Numbered from the stretch's first letter, positions 19,021 to 28,641 are shown. The stretch is DNA of 64,000 nucleotides from Sediminibacterium sp. (GCA_040403595.1 JBBAKI010000002.1:45088-109087); one strand, 5' to 3'. The notes: a model not told the origin generated them from the sequence alone. Translations and numbers: made by a program.

Positions 19021-20232
19021 TTATGCTACCGCTTGTTTTACTAAGTCTGCAGCTTCGCTTAACTGAATAGCCGATTGAACTTTAAGTCCACTCTCATCAA
19101 TTAATTTTTTAGCTTCTACCGCATTGGTTCCTTGTAAACGAACAATGATTGGAATATTGATATTGCCTAATTTGTTAAAGGCTTCAATTACACCAGCAGC
19201 AACGCGGTCACAACGAACAATACCGCCAAAGATGTTAATTAAAATTGCCTTCACGTTTGGATCTTTCATGATAATTCTGAAACCTGCTTCTACTGTTTGT
19301 GCATTTGCAGTACCACCTACATCTAAAAAGTTAGCTGGCTCACCACCACTTAATTTAATCATATCCATGGTAGCCATTGCAAGTCCTGCACCATTTACCA
19401 TACAACCTACGTTGCCATCTAGTTTCACAAAGTTTAAATTAAACGCACCTGCTTCAACCTCTGTTGGATCTTCTTCTGATACATCGCGCATAGCGAGTAA
19501 ATCAGCGTGGCGCATAAGTGCGTTGTCATCAATATTCATTTTACAATCCACCGCAATGATTTTTTCATCGGATGTTTTAAATAATGGATTGATTTCTAAC
19601 ATACCGCAATCTAGGTTCACGTATGCATTGTATAAGTTGGTTACAAACTTTACACAGTTTTTAAATGCGTCACCAGATAGGCCTAAGTTAAAAGCAATTT
19701 TACGTGCTTGAAAACCTTGAAGTCCACCACCTGGGTATACCCACTCTTTAAATATTTTTTCTGGTGTGTTGTGTGCTACTTCTTCAATATCCATACCACC
19801 TTCGGTGCTATACATCACAACATTCATTCCTTTTGCTCTGTCTAATAAAATAGACAAGTAAAATTCTTTTACTTCGTTAGGGCCAGGATAGTAAACGTCT
19901 TGTGCAATTAAAATTTTATTAACGAGTTTACCAGCTGCACCAGTTTGAATGGTTACAAGGGTACCGCCTAGTAAATTACCCGCAATTCTTTTTACGTCTT
20001 CTTCGTTTTTAGCAACTGCTACACCACGCTGTTCTTTTCCTTCAATATTACCCTTACCTCTTCCACCTGCGTGAATTTGGGCTTTAATTACCGCAAAATT
20101 ATTGCCAGTTTGTTCTTTTAAAGTAGCATAGGCCTCAGCTGCTGCCTCTACTGTTTGTACGGCAACCCCTTCCTGTACTGGAACGTTGTACTTTTTTAAG
20201 AGTTCTTTAGCTTGGTACTCATGAAGATTCAT
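19021..20232 (-). CDS. sucC: Succinyl-CoA synthetase beta subunit
   Basis: MNLHEYQAKELL, KAQIHAGGRGK, NGAGLAMATMD and NIFGGIVRCD. Confidence 0.97.
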   Translation of the reverse strand: MNLHEYQAKELLKKYNVPVQEGVAVQTVEAAAEAYATLKEQTGNNFAVIKAQIHAGGRGKGNIEGKEQRGVAVAKNEEDVKRIAGNLLGGTLVTIQTGAAGKLVNKILIAQDVYYPGPNEVKEFYLSILLDRAKGMNVVMYSTEGGMDIEEVAHNTPEKIFKEWVYPGGGLQGFQARKIAFNLGLSGDAFKNCVKFVTNLYNAYVNLDCGMLEINPLFKTSDEKIIAVDCKMNIDDNALMRHADLLAMRDVSEEDPTEVEAGAFNLNFVKLDGNVGCMVNGAGLAMATMDMIKLSGGEPANFLDVGGTANAQTVEAGFRIIMKDPNVKAILINIFGGIVRCDRVAAGVIEAFNKLGNINIPIIVRLQGTNAVEAKKLIDESGLKVQSAIQLSEAADLVKQAVA

Positions 20233-20281
20233 ACAAAAAATTTTTGCGAAGATAAGCGAAACGGCTTTACATTAAAACCCC

Positions 20282-20289
20282 TAATTTTG
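20282..20289 (+). promoter_or_regulatory. -7 element TAATTTTG for yceI
   Basis: TAnnTTTG 37 nt before the ATG. Confidence 0.6.
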
Positions 20290-20326
20290 CGCTCATAGAC
20301 TCTATAAACACTTAAAATTCAATACA

Positions 20327-20893
20327 ATGATCAAAAAAACATCCTTTTTGCTATTAGGAGCTGCTTTTATAGTAAGTTCTTTTGCCTTTATGGCCCCCAA
20401 AAACCCGAAAGCACCTATCACCCTAGCTGTACAGTCAGATAAGAGCAGGGTAGACTTTATTGGCTCTAAAGCAGTTGATTTTCATACCGGAAGCTTTACT
20501 GTAAAAGGTGGAAGCGTTCAAATCGAAGCTGGTAAATTAGTAGGTGGTTCTTTTGTAATTGACCTTGCTAATTTAAAAGTAACAGATGCTGCTGGTGAAA
20601 AATTAGCGGGTCACTTAAAAAGCCCTGACTTTTTTGACGTAGCAAAATTTGGTGAAGCTACATACACGATTTCTTCTGTAGATTATTCAAGTGCTACTGC
20701 TTGCACCATCAATGGTACTTTATCTATTAAAGGTATTGGTGTTCCTGTAAGTTTTAATTCTAATATCAGAAGTGCTTCTGACAAAAGTTTCTTTGGTCAA
20801 GCGTTTTTTAGCCTTGATCGTACCTTATTAGGTATTTTGTACGCAGGTCCTTCAAAAGACGTACAAATTTCAGTTCACTTATTTGCAAAATAA
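20327..20893 (+). CDS. YceI-family secreted lipid/polyisoprenoid-binding protein
   Basis: Signal peptide, HLKSPDFFDVAKF and GTLSIKG motifs. Confidence 0.9.
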   Translation: MIKKTSFLLLGAAFIVSSFAFMAPKNPKAPITLAVQSDKSRVDFIGSKAVDFHTGSFTVKGGSVQIEAGKLVGGSFVIDLANLKVTDAAGEKLAGHLKSPDFFDVAKFGEATYTISSVDYSSATACTINGTLSIKGIGVPVSFNSNIRSASDKSFFGQAFFSLDRTLLGILYAGPSKDVQISVHLFAK

Positions 20894-20914
20894 TTTTTAT
20901 ACCCCCTTCGAGAT

Positions 20915-20947
20915 AGAAAGCTCCAGCAATTTTTGTTGGGGCTTTCT
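20915..20947. terminator. Bidirectional terminator between yceI and the S8 peptidase
   Basis: AGAAAGCTCCAGCAA/TTGTTGGGGCTTTCT inverted repeat between convergent genes. Confidence 0.7.
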
Positions 20948-22599
20948 TATTTATTACCCAAGCCGTTTGCAAGCATTACCGCGTTGTATGCATTTACAAT
21001 ACCACCCGTTTTTGAAAGCGTACTAAAAGGTGTTGCAATACTGCTATTGCCTGGAAGTAAGCAAGGTGCTGTTATAGCAGGAACGTACACCGATTTTTCT
21101 AAAATGTTTTTTACTTGCTTGGCAGTTAAGTTAGGGTAGTAAGTTCTTAAGAGTGCGGCAACGCCTGTTACAATGGGAGAAGCCATACTGGTGCCGTCTT
21201 GGTTGCCATATACGTTTGTGCCAGGCAGGGTCGAATATATTTTAACACCCGGTGCAAATAAGTCTACATTTTGTTTACCGTAGTTGCTAAATTCTGCTGC
21301 AATACTATTGTCTGTGATGAGCGTATCACTACTTGCACCAATTGTTATAAAATTACTTGCATTTTGTTTCCATACCGCTAAATACGCATTTGGAAAAACG
21401 TTGGTGCTATCTAAATTATAACTTTCGTTGCCAGCTGAGTGCACCAGTAATACATCTTTTTGCTCGGCGTATCTAACGGCGCTATCTACCCAGTATTTTT
21501 CTGGAGAATACGCTTTGCCAAAACTCATATTTATAATTTTGGCGCCGTTGTCAACAGCATATTTAATAGCAAGTGCAACGTCTTTATCATATTCGTCTCC
21601 ATCTGGCACCACGCGTATCATCATAATTTTTACGGCATCCGAAACCCCATCTATACCAACGCCATTGTTTCTGCTGGCAGCAATAATGCCACTCACATGG
21701 GTACCGTGGTTGGGCGTAGGTCCCATAATATCGTTGTTGCCATAAAAGGCATCCGAAAAGTTATAGTAATTGTCTCTAACAATGAGTGTTCGTTCGTCGT
21801 TGGGTAATTTTTCTTTGGAACTAAATGCTACCGTTTTGCCTTCTATGTATTCTTCTAATTGCGCAATGGTAAAGGTGTTTGATTCTTCTTTGTCTAATTG
21901 CATGATTCGTTGCAAAGACAGCATGCCTAATTTGGCTTCTTTACCTAAAACGCTGCTAGGAATAAAGGCGGTTAATGTTTCTTTATTGTAACTCGCCATA
22001 TTCATTTCTTGCCTAAGTATTTTATCATGCTTTTTAAAAGCATTTGATAGCATTTCTACATATTTGAGTTGCTCTTTTTCTTCGTCGCTAAAATTTAATT
22101 CGGTATCTGTTTTTTTCCAAATGGCATAGAGCGCTTTATCGGCGGAACTTAGCGTACTGGTGTCTAGGGTAGTGCTTGCAAATTTTGCTTTGTATTTATG
22201 GTAGATTCTTGATCTTTCGTCGGGCGCTCTTTTTACACTCTCTCCATTTTTGCCACCTAAAAAATTCCATCCATGCACATCATCTACGTAGCCATTTTTA
22301 TCATCGTCTATCCCGTTGCCAGCTATTTCTTTGGCGTTGGTCCACAAAATATTTTTAAGGTCTTCATGTGTGGTGTCTATGCCTGAATCTATCACTGCAA
22401 CAACAATAGGACTTGCTTTTTTATTCTTACTACTTAAGTAGTCGTATGCTTTTTGCAAACTAATGCCTAACACATGATCTGTGGTAGGGTCCAACATTTG
22501 CCAGTTTTTAGGAACATTTTGTGCGCACAACGGGCCGGTTAAGCCTAGTGCTAGTAGGGTATATCCTATAATTTTTGAAAAGGGTATGCGCATATTCAT
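20947..22599 (-). CDS. Secreted S8 (subtilisin-like) serine peptidase
   Basis: Catalytic triad VIDSG, HGTHVSG and GTSMASP. Signal peptide begins at MNMRIP (22599) or 22593. No T9SS CTD evident. Confidence 0.9.
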   Translation of the reverse strand: MNMRIPFSKIIGYTLLALGLTGPLCAQNVPKNWQMLDPTTDHVLGISLQKAYDYLSSKNKKASPIVVAVIDSGIDTTHEDLKNILWTNAKEIAGNGIDDDKNGYVDDVHGWNFLGGKNGESVKRAPDERSRIYHKYKAKFASTTLDTSTLSSADKALYAIWKKTDTELNFSDEEKEQLKYVEMLSNAFKKHDKILRQEMNMASYNKETLTAFIPSSVLGKEAKLGMLSLQRIMQLDKEESNTFTIAQLEEYIEGKTVAFSSKEKLPNDERTLIVRDNYYNFSDAFYGNNDIMGPTPNHGTHVSGIIAASRNNGVGIDGVSDAVKIMMIRVVPDGDEYDKDVALAIKYAVDNGAKIINMSFGKAYSPEKYWVDSAVRYAEQKDVLLVHSAGNESYNLDSTNVFPNAYLAVWKQNASNFITIGASSDTLITDNSIAAEFSNYGKQNVDLFAPGVKIYSTLPGTNVYGNQDGTSMASPIVTGVAALLRTYYPNLTAKQVKNILEKSVYVPAITAPCLLPGNSSIATPFSTLSKTGGIVNAYNAVMLANGLGNK

Positions 22600-22699
22600 A
22601 GCGCTAAAATACAAGATTTTAGCTTGTATATACGGGGCTAAACTCTTAATAAAATTATAAAAGAATGCCGCAAAAAGAAACGTTACAATGGGGTGATCG

Positions 22700-23398
22700 T
22701 TATTTAGCCTGACTATGCGACAATAACTGTTCGTAAATGCTACCATAGCTGCTTCCAATGGGTATTTCCTTTTCGCCTATCCAAATTTTGCTTTTGCTAA
22801 ACTTGTCTATTTTGGCAATCGGAACAATATAGGAGCGGTGTACACGAATAAAGTCTTTGGATGGAAGCTTTTCTAAAATGCCTTTTAAGGTCATTAAAGT
22901 AAGCACAGGGGTAGGTTTCGTGTATATTTTAATATAGTCGTCTAGGGCTTCAATGAGGTCAACTTCCTTCAAATTAATTTTCATGATCTCGTAATTGACC
23001 TTAATAAAAATGGAGTTCAGTTGTACTTCTTGTGCACTTAAAAATTCGGTATATTCTTTAAGTTTATAGGCAGCTTTTAAAAAGCGGTCGTATTCAAATG
23101 GCTTTAACAAATAATCTACGGCGTCTGCATTAAAACCTTCTACCGCAAAATCTTTGTAGGCTGTAGTAAAAACAACAAGTGGTTTACTGGATAGGCTTTT
23201 ATAAAATTCTATGCCTGTAATATCTGGCATTTGAATATCTAAAAATAAAGCGTCAACTGTGTTTTCTTTTAAAAATTGTTGCGCTTCGTCGGTATTGCTA
23301 AAGGTATTCAGTAATTGTAAAAATGAGATTTTCGAGCAGTATTCTTCAATGATTTGAAGTGCTAGTGGTTCATCATCTATGGCAATGCATCTAATCAT
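22700..23398 (-). CDS. LytTR-family response regulator
   Basis: Receiver motifs DDEP, FLDIQMP, FTTAY and DYLLKP; LytTR motif FIRVHRSYIV. Confidence 0.95.
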   Translation of the reverse strand: MIRCIAIDDEPLALQIIEEYCSKISFLQLLNTFSNTDEAQQFLKENTVDALFLDIQMPDITGIEFYKSLSSKPLVVFTTAYKDFAVEGFNADAVDYLLKPFEYDRFLKAAYKLKEYTEFLSAQEVQLNSIFIKVNYEIMKINLKEVDLIEALDDYIKIYTKPTPVLTLMTLKGILEKLPSKDFIRVHRSYIVPIAKIDKFSKSKIWIGEKEIPIGSSYGSIYEQLLSHSQAK

Positions 23399-23402
23399 AG
23401 GA

Positions 23403-24488
23403 TTAACAGTTAATGTGTAAAGAAACTTGGTAGGTGTTTTCTTGCCTGCTTATGTTTAGTTGATGTTTGTTTGGATACAAAAGGGCAAGTCTTCTTTTGG
23501 CATTGTTAATACCAATGCCGGTACTGTCTAAGTGCGTTTGTATATTGGTAACCACTGTATTGGTTGCTTCAAATAATATGGTTGTAGGCGTGGCGTGTAT
23601 TTGAATATGGATATTGGAAATTTCTTTTGCACTCACCCCATACTTAAATGCATTTTCTACAAATGGAATAAATAGCAGTGGTGCAATTTGTAAATCATCG
23701 CTTACGCCATCCGTATTAAACACAACGGTTACTTTGTCTGTTAAGCGCATTTGTTGCAGCTCTATATAATTTTTTACAAATTCAATTTCGTTGGTTAGTG
23801 GCACAAAATCTTTTTCTGTTTCGGATAAAATATACCGCATGATAGAGGAGAGCTTCATTACGGCAGGGGCGGTTTGTTCACTTTTTACAATGGCTAAACT
23901 GTAAATATTATTGAGGGTATTAAAAAAGAAATGTGGATTGATTTGCGATTTTAAAAAAGATAATTCGGTATTTAATTTTTCGTTTTCTGTTTCTTTTTTA
24001 TGCTGCTCAGAGCTTAACCAGCGCTGTGTTACGGCAATACATGTTCCAAACGAAAACACCAATAAAAATAAAACGGTGTTATAGGGGTCCGCTAATCTTC
24101 TGGATCTGCGTGGCGCTTTGCTTAATTTTTTTGCCCCTTTAAAATCTGGATTGATTACATAATTGCCCTTTTGCTCTATGTATTCTGGTGTTGCTACAAA
24201 GGATGCAAGATGTTTTGGCGTAAATAAATAAATATTCAAACAAATAACAACAGATAAAATATATAACCACCACTTCCTATTAATAAGTAGGGCAGGAACT
24301 AGTAATTGGGTGTTCAGGTAATAGAAGAAAACGATAAAAATATAATTAATAATAATCGTTGAGAACATATGATCACTCATATTAAATTCTCTGAGCCTTG
24401 GAAAGAATACCAAGTAGGGTACCAAAAACAAACATATCCATGCTACTAAATGGGTAAGAATGGTAAGTATTCTTTTATTCTCTTTCAA
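23403..24488 (-). CDS. LytS/YehU-type sensor histidine kinase
   Basis: N-terminal TM helices, FLKSQINPHFFFNTLN, PFVENAFKYG and GIGINN. TTG start. Confidence 0.93.
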   Translation of the reverse strand: MKENKRILTILTHLVAWICLFLVPYLVFFPRLREFNMSDHMFSTIIINYIFIVFFYYLNTQLLVPALLINRKWWLYILSVVICLNIYLFTPKHLASFVATPEYIEQKGNYVINPDFKGAKKLSKAPRRSRRLADPYNTVLFLLVFSFGTCIAVTQRWLSSEQHKKETENEKLNTELSFLKSQINPHFFFNTLNNIYSLAIVKSEQTAPAVMKLSSIMRYILSETEKDFVPLTNEIEFVKNYIELQQMRLTDKVTVVFNTDGVSDDLQIAPLLFIPFVENAFKYGVSAKEISNIHIQIHATPTTILFEATNTVVTNIQTHLDSTGIGINNAKRRLALLYPNKHQLNISRQENTYQVSLHINC

Positions 24489-24510
24489 TGGTATATAAAT
24501 TACGGATTCG

Positions 24511-24518
24511 CAAACTTA
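24511..24518 (-). promoter_or_regulatory. -7 element TAAGTTTG for the two-component operon
   Basis: TAnnTTTG on the minus strand 22 nt upstream of the kinase start. Confidence 0.55.
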
Positions 24519-24592
24519 ATAAATCTACAAGTATGCACTTAAATAATAGGCACAACTGGGTGAAATAAATGGCTTAATCGGTAGAGAGCTAC

Positions 24593-25090
24593 TTACGAAA
24601 AATGTGCCTTAATTTGTTGAATGGTTCCTGTTGTAGAAAACCCTTCAACTATTGCATTGATAACAACGCGTCCGCCTGCTGCCATCACTTCTTTAGCGCC
24701 TACAATTTGATCGGTTGTATAGTCGCCACCTTTTACAAGTACATCTGGTAAAATGGCCGTAATTAATTCGAGAGGGGTTTGTTCATTAAAAATGATAACT
24801 GCATCCACTACCGCTAAATTTTTTATTAAAATAGCACGGCTTTGCTGGTTGTTAATGGGGCGCGCATCACCTTTTAATTGTTTGACACTAGCGTCACTAT
24901 TGAGTCCAACAATCAAGTAATCTGCTTCTTTAGCGGCGGCGCTTAAAGAAGCAATATGACCTTCATGTAATATGTCAAAACAGCCATTGGTAAAAGCCAC
25001 CGTTTTGCCTTTTATTTTCCAGGCAGCTACTTGGGTTAGTAACTTTTCTAAAGAATACAATTTACTTTCAATGGCCTCAATTGCTTTCAT
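24593..25090 (-). CDS. rfaE2: Stand-alone RfaE domain II (heptose-1-phosphate adenylyltransferase-like cytidylyltransferase)
   Basis: FTNGCFDILHEGH, VGLNSDASV and VKGGDY. Confidence 0.85.
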   Translation of the reverse strand: MKAIEAIESKLYSLEKLLTQVAAWKIKGKTVAFTNGCFDILHEGHIASLSAAAKEADYLIVGLNSDASVKQLKGDARPINNQQSRAILIKNLAVVDAVIIFNEQTPLELITAILPDVLVKGGDYTTDQIVGAKEVMAAGGRVVINAIVEGFSTTGTIQQIKAHFS

Positions 25091-26093
25091 GGCTAATTTT
25101 ATTTTTATTATAAATAGGAAGTATAAGTAAACAAATGCTTCCTACAATAAGTACAATAATAAATTGAGCAAACCATTGCAAGGTTCCATTGGCAAAACCA
25201 ATTTCAAAAGGCACGCCCAATTTTTCTACAATTTTTGCAATAAAAAAGGCGTAAGTGCCAATGCCACCAGGGGTTACAATCATACCAATACTTCCAAAGG
25301 CAAGTGCTGCTAGTGCTGCACTAAAGCCTAAACCGGAAGTGCCAACAGTGGCGCTAAGTCCTACCCATGTGCCACCAATGTATAGTAGCCAAATCGCAAC
25401 ACTATAGGTAATAAACAATCCTTTTTGTTGTAGATAACGGATGCTGGAAATGCCTTCCCAAATACCGCCAATAATTTTTTTAGCTGACACGACAAAGGGA
25501 AGGTGTCCGTTTTTTTTACTCCACACTTTCAATACCACAATTACAACTGCAACAATCCCCAAAACAATGCTAATTTTTTGCATCGAAAATTGACCTGCTT
25601 TGTTTTCAAATAGCTGATTAAATAACTCAATGCCGTAGGAGGCAATCAAATCTGTTTGTGTGAGTAGGGTGATGATAAAAACAATCCCTAATGAAAGTAC
25701 ATCGATGGCCCTTTCTGCAACGATGGTTCCAACTAATTTTTCGGCGGGTACTTTTTCGTATTTAGCAAGTAAGGTACATTTTAATACTTCTCCTAACCGA
25801 GGGATGGCTAGGTTTGCTAAATAGCCAATCATGACCGCAAAAAACGTATTGGCTATACTTGGCTTGTAACCTAGTGGCTCCATTATTATGCGCCATCTTA
25901 ATGCACGAATAATATGACTGAGCGATAAGATTACAAAAACTGGAATCATGAGCCAGTATTTTGCCTCTAGCAAGGTTTTGATAAACTCATCCCATTTGTT
26001 GGCTGGAATTTGGCGAAGACTCCACCACACTAAAAAAAGTCCTAGTCCAAAAAAGAAGGCATATTTTAAAATGGAGCTGAGTTGCTTTTTCAT
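25077..26093 (-). CDS. Lysylphosphatidylglycerol synthase TM-domain (UPF0104, flippase-like) protein
   Basis: Multi-TM, RALRW, GYLANLAIPRLGE, ERAID and TPGGIG. Start at MKKQL (26093). Confidence 0.85.
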   Translation of the reverse strand: MKKQLSSILKYAFFFGLGLFLVWWSLRQIPANKWDEFIKTLLEAKYWLMIPVFVILSLSHIIRALRWRIIMEPLGYKPSIANTFFAVMIGYLANLAIPRLGEVLKCTLLAKYEKVPAEKLVGTIVAERAIDVLSLGIVFIITLLTQTDLIASYGIELFNQLFENKAGQFSMQKISIVLGIVAVVIVVLKVWSKKNGHLPFVVSAKKIIGGIWEGISSIRYLQQKGLFITYSVAIWLLYIGGTWVGLSATVGTSGLGFSAALAALAFGSIGMIVTPGGIGTYAFFIAKIVEKLGVPFEIGFANGTLQWFAQFIIVLIVGSICLLILPIYNKNKISHESN

Positions 26094-26308
26094 GATAGAA
26101 GTATCGTAGAAACAAATGTAAGTCCTTCTCCCGTTTAATTGTATAACATTTTTAGGAAATATATTAAACAATAATATAATGTATAAATATGTAATGAATA
26201 GCTCAAACCGTTAATTTTTGGGCATAAAGCATTGCGCTGGCTTGATTCCTTATAATTTTCGTACCTTCGCTCCCTTATTTTAGGCTCCTGGTATAAAATT
26301 GGTGACTC

Positions 26309-27127
26309 ATGTCTACAAAGAAAAGAATACTATTTATTGCTACCGAGATGTCTCCTTATTTGGAGTTGACGGAGTTTGCAGAAATCATCAACAAACTGGC
26401 TATTAAAAGTAATGATACTGGACTTGAAGTACGTTGTATTATGCCACGTTTTGGTGTGATCAACGAAAGAAGACACCGTTTACACGAAGTGGTTCGTTTA
26501 TCTGGCATCAACGTTTCTGTAGATGAAGATGATTACCCTTTACAAATTAAAGTAGCCTCTTTACCAAACGCTAGATTACAAGTTTACTTTTTAGAAAATG
26601 AAGACTTTTTTAAGCGTAAACAAGTTTTTCACGACGAAGCAGATAATTGGTTTGACGATAACGCGCTAAGAACGGTGTTCTTTTGTAAAGGAGCCCTTGA
26701 AACCGTTAAAAAATTTGGCTGGCCTCCAGACGTTATTCATTGCAGTGGCTGGATGACAGGTTTAATCCCAGCATACATAAAAACGGCCTATAAAAAAGAA
26801 CCCGTTTTTGGCAATAGTAAAGTGGTATTCACTATTGGACAAAACACTTTTGAAAACAATCTTGGCCCCAATTTTATGAAACAGGCACTTATCAATGCCA
26901 ACGTTAAAGAAAAAGATTTAGATGCCTTCAAAGAAGCCAACAACACAGCCTTATTTAAAGGTGGCGCTAGCTTTGCCGATGCTATTTCCTTTGGTTCAGA
27001 CCAAATAGAAGCCAGCTTAACTGCCGAATTTGCTAAAGTAAAAGGCAAAAAAGTAGTTCCATTTAAAGGATGGGACTCGGATTTAACAGAGTATTTAGAA
27101 TTGTACAACGACCTTGCGGGCAAGTAA
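26309..27127 (+). CDS. Glycogen/starch-synthase-like protein, N-terminal GT5 domain only
   Basis: RILFIATEMSPY, MPRFG, R..FFCKGALE, PDVIHCSGW and FTI motifs. 272 aa, no KxGG, no C-terminal GT-B domain. Confidence 0.85.
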   Translation: MSTKKRILFIATEMSPYLELTEFAEIINKLAIKSNDTGLEVRCIMPRFGVINERRHRLHEVVRLSGINVSVDEDDYPLQIKVASLPNARLQVYFLENEDFFKRKQVFHDEADNWFDDNALRTVFFCKGALETVKKFGWPPDVIHCSGWMTGLIPAYIKTAYKKEPVFGNSKVVFTIGQNTFENNLGPNFMKQALINANVKEKDLDAFKEANNTALFKGGASFADAISFGSDQIEASLTAEFAKVKGKKVVPFKGWDSDLTEYLELYNDLAGK

Positions 27128-27137
27128 TTAGACAAAC

Positions 27138-28625
27138 ATGCATTCAAAATTTACACTAGGTAATATTTTAGGTTTTATTGGGTTGATAGTAATGGTTTTT
27201 ATTGCCTGTACCAAAGTTCCTTCCACAGAGCTTGGTGCTGGTCTAATTCCTGCTATTGATGGTGTAGTTACCAAAGACACCATCTTAGATGTTTTAACAG
27301 ACACCTACAACGAGTTTGATTCAACAAGGGTCTATAAAAGTGACAACCACGTATTAGGTGCTATTACCAATGATCCACTCTTTGGTAAAACTTCGGCAGC
27401 TATGTATTTTCAATTAGCACCTGCATATTTTCCATATGCCATTCCGGGTGCAAAAGATAGTATTCGTGTAGATTCGGCAGTGCTAATTTTAAGCTACAAA
27501 AGTGCATATGGAGATACGTCTAAACCACTTCGTTTAACGGTCTCTGAAATTGATCCTACGACACCTATAGATCCTTACTATTATTATGCAGCAAACTATC
27601 CTGCTAAATATAATTTTAGAACCAAAGGAAAACTTGCCGATCCTATTACAATTAATATTCCGCGTTTAACAGATTCGGTACATAACAGATACGAGCACGC
27701 ATCTAATCAAATTCGTATCAAATTAAGAGCGGACGTTGCAAGGCGTTTTATCAATACCTACGATACTACCAATGCGTATCGTACCGATTCTGCATTTAAA
27801 TCATTGTTTGCAGGTTTTGCATTAACCGTAGATCAAGCAGCGCCGGCAAATGCACTCATTCATATTAACCTAGCAGATACCAATACTAAATTCGCACTCT
27901 ATTATAACTCTTCATCTGCTGGTGCAACTGTAAGAGATACTTCAGTCGCTTATTTTAGATTTAACGCTTTCACGGGTGGTAATGCCAATTTAGTTACACG
28001 CAATCGAGTAGGATCGGAAGTTGCAAAGTTTACTACAACAACTAGTAAGTCTGATTCAATTGTATATGTGCAATCTGCTCCGGGTACGTATGTGCGTGTA
28101 AGAATTCCTGGATTAAAAGGATTAAGCAATAGAATTATTCATAAGGCCGAACTGATTGCAGAACAGGTTCCTGACGATGCCAACCTATTAACCACGGATG
28201 CCTACATGGCGCCGCCAAGGTATTTATTATTAAGTGCCATTGATACGGTAGAAAACAGAAAGTATAATATCCCTAATGATTATATTTTTAGCGCCAATGG
28301 AGGTCCTAATGTGTCAAGCTTTGGTGGATATGTTTTATCAAAATCGGTAGCTGGTTATAATAAAATAGCTGCTTATTCATTTGATATTAGTAGATACGTC
28401 CAAGGGATAGTGACTAGAAAGGATAGCAGTTACACGCTTCGTATTTCGGCACCTACCAACGATTCTATTTTGTATAAGCCTCCATATCCGCAGGTTGCTG
28501 CTGTTCAGGTATATTACCTAAGCCCATTAGAAGGCAACGATATTGCCAATGGACGCGTAAGACTTGGGGGTGGAACGCATACCCGTTTTAGAATGCGATT
28601 ACGTATTATATTTTCCCGAATATAA
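27138..28625 (+). CDS. DUF4270-family lipoprotein
   Basis: Lipobox FIA-C, LGAITNDPLFGKTSA, VDSAVLILSY and YSFDISRYVQ; follows the GT5 stub. Confidence 0.75.
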   Translation: MHSKFTLGNILGFIGLIVMVFIACTKVPSTELGAGLIPAIDGVVTKDTILDVLTDTYNEFDSTRVYKSDNHVLGAITNDPLFGKTSAAMYFQLAPAYFPYAIPGAKDSIRVDSAVLILSYKSAYGDTSKPLRLTVSEIDPTTPIDPYYYYAANYPAKYNFRTKGKLADPITINIPRLTDSVHNRYEHASNQIRIKLRADVARRFINTYDTTNAYRTDSAFKSLFAGFALTVDQAAPANALIHINLADTNTKFALYYNSSSAGATVRDTSVAYFRFNAFTGGNANLVTRNRVGSEVAKFTTTTSKSDSIVYVQSAPGTYVRVRIPGLKGLSNRIIHKAELIAEQVPDDANLLTTDAYMAPPRYLLLSAIDTVENRKYNIPNDYIFSANGGPNVSSFGGYVLSKSVAGYNKIAAYSFDISRYVQGIVTRKDSSYTLRISAPTNDSILYKPPYPQVAAVQVYYLSPLEGNDIANGRVRLGGGTHTRFRMRLRIIFSRI

Positions 28626-28641
28626 GTATCCAATTACCACT

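Noticed and set aside
19124-19711. 195-aa antisense ORF over sucC, and the many other 60-140 aa opposite-strand or off-frame ORFs in the track
   Set aside because: They lie within confidently identified genes, show no recognisable motifs, and are expected shadows of biased codon use.
22600-22758. Apparent overlap of the S8 ORF with the LytTR gene
   Set aside because: The signal peptide begins at 22599/22593, so the extension is non-coding.
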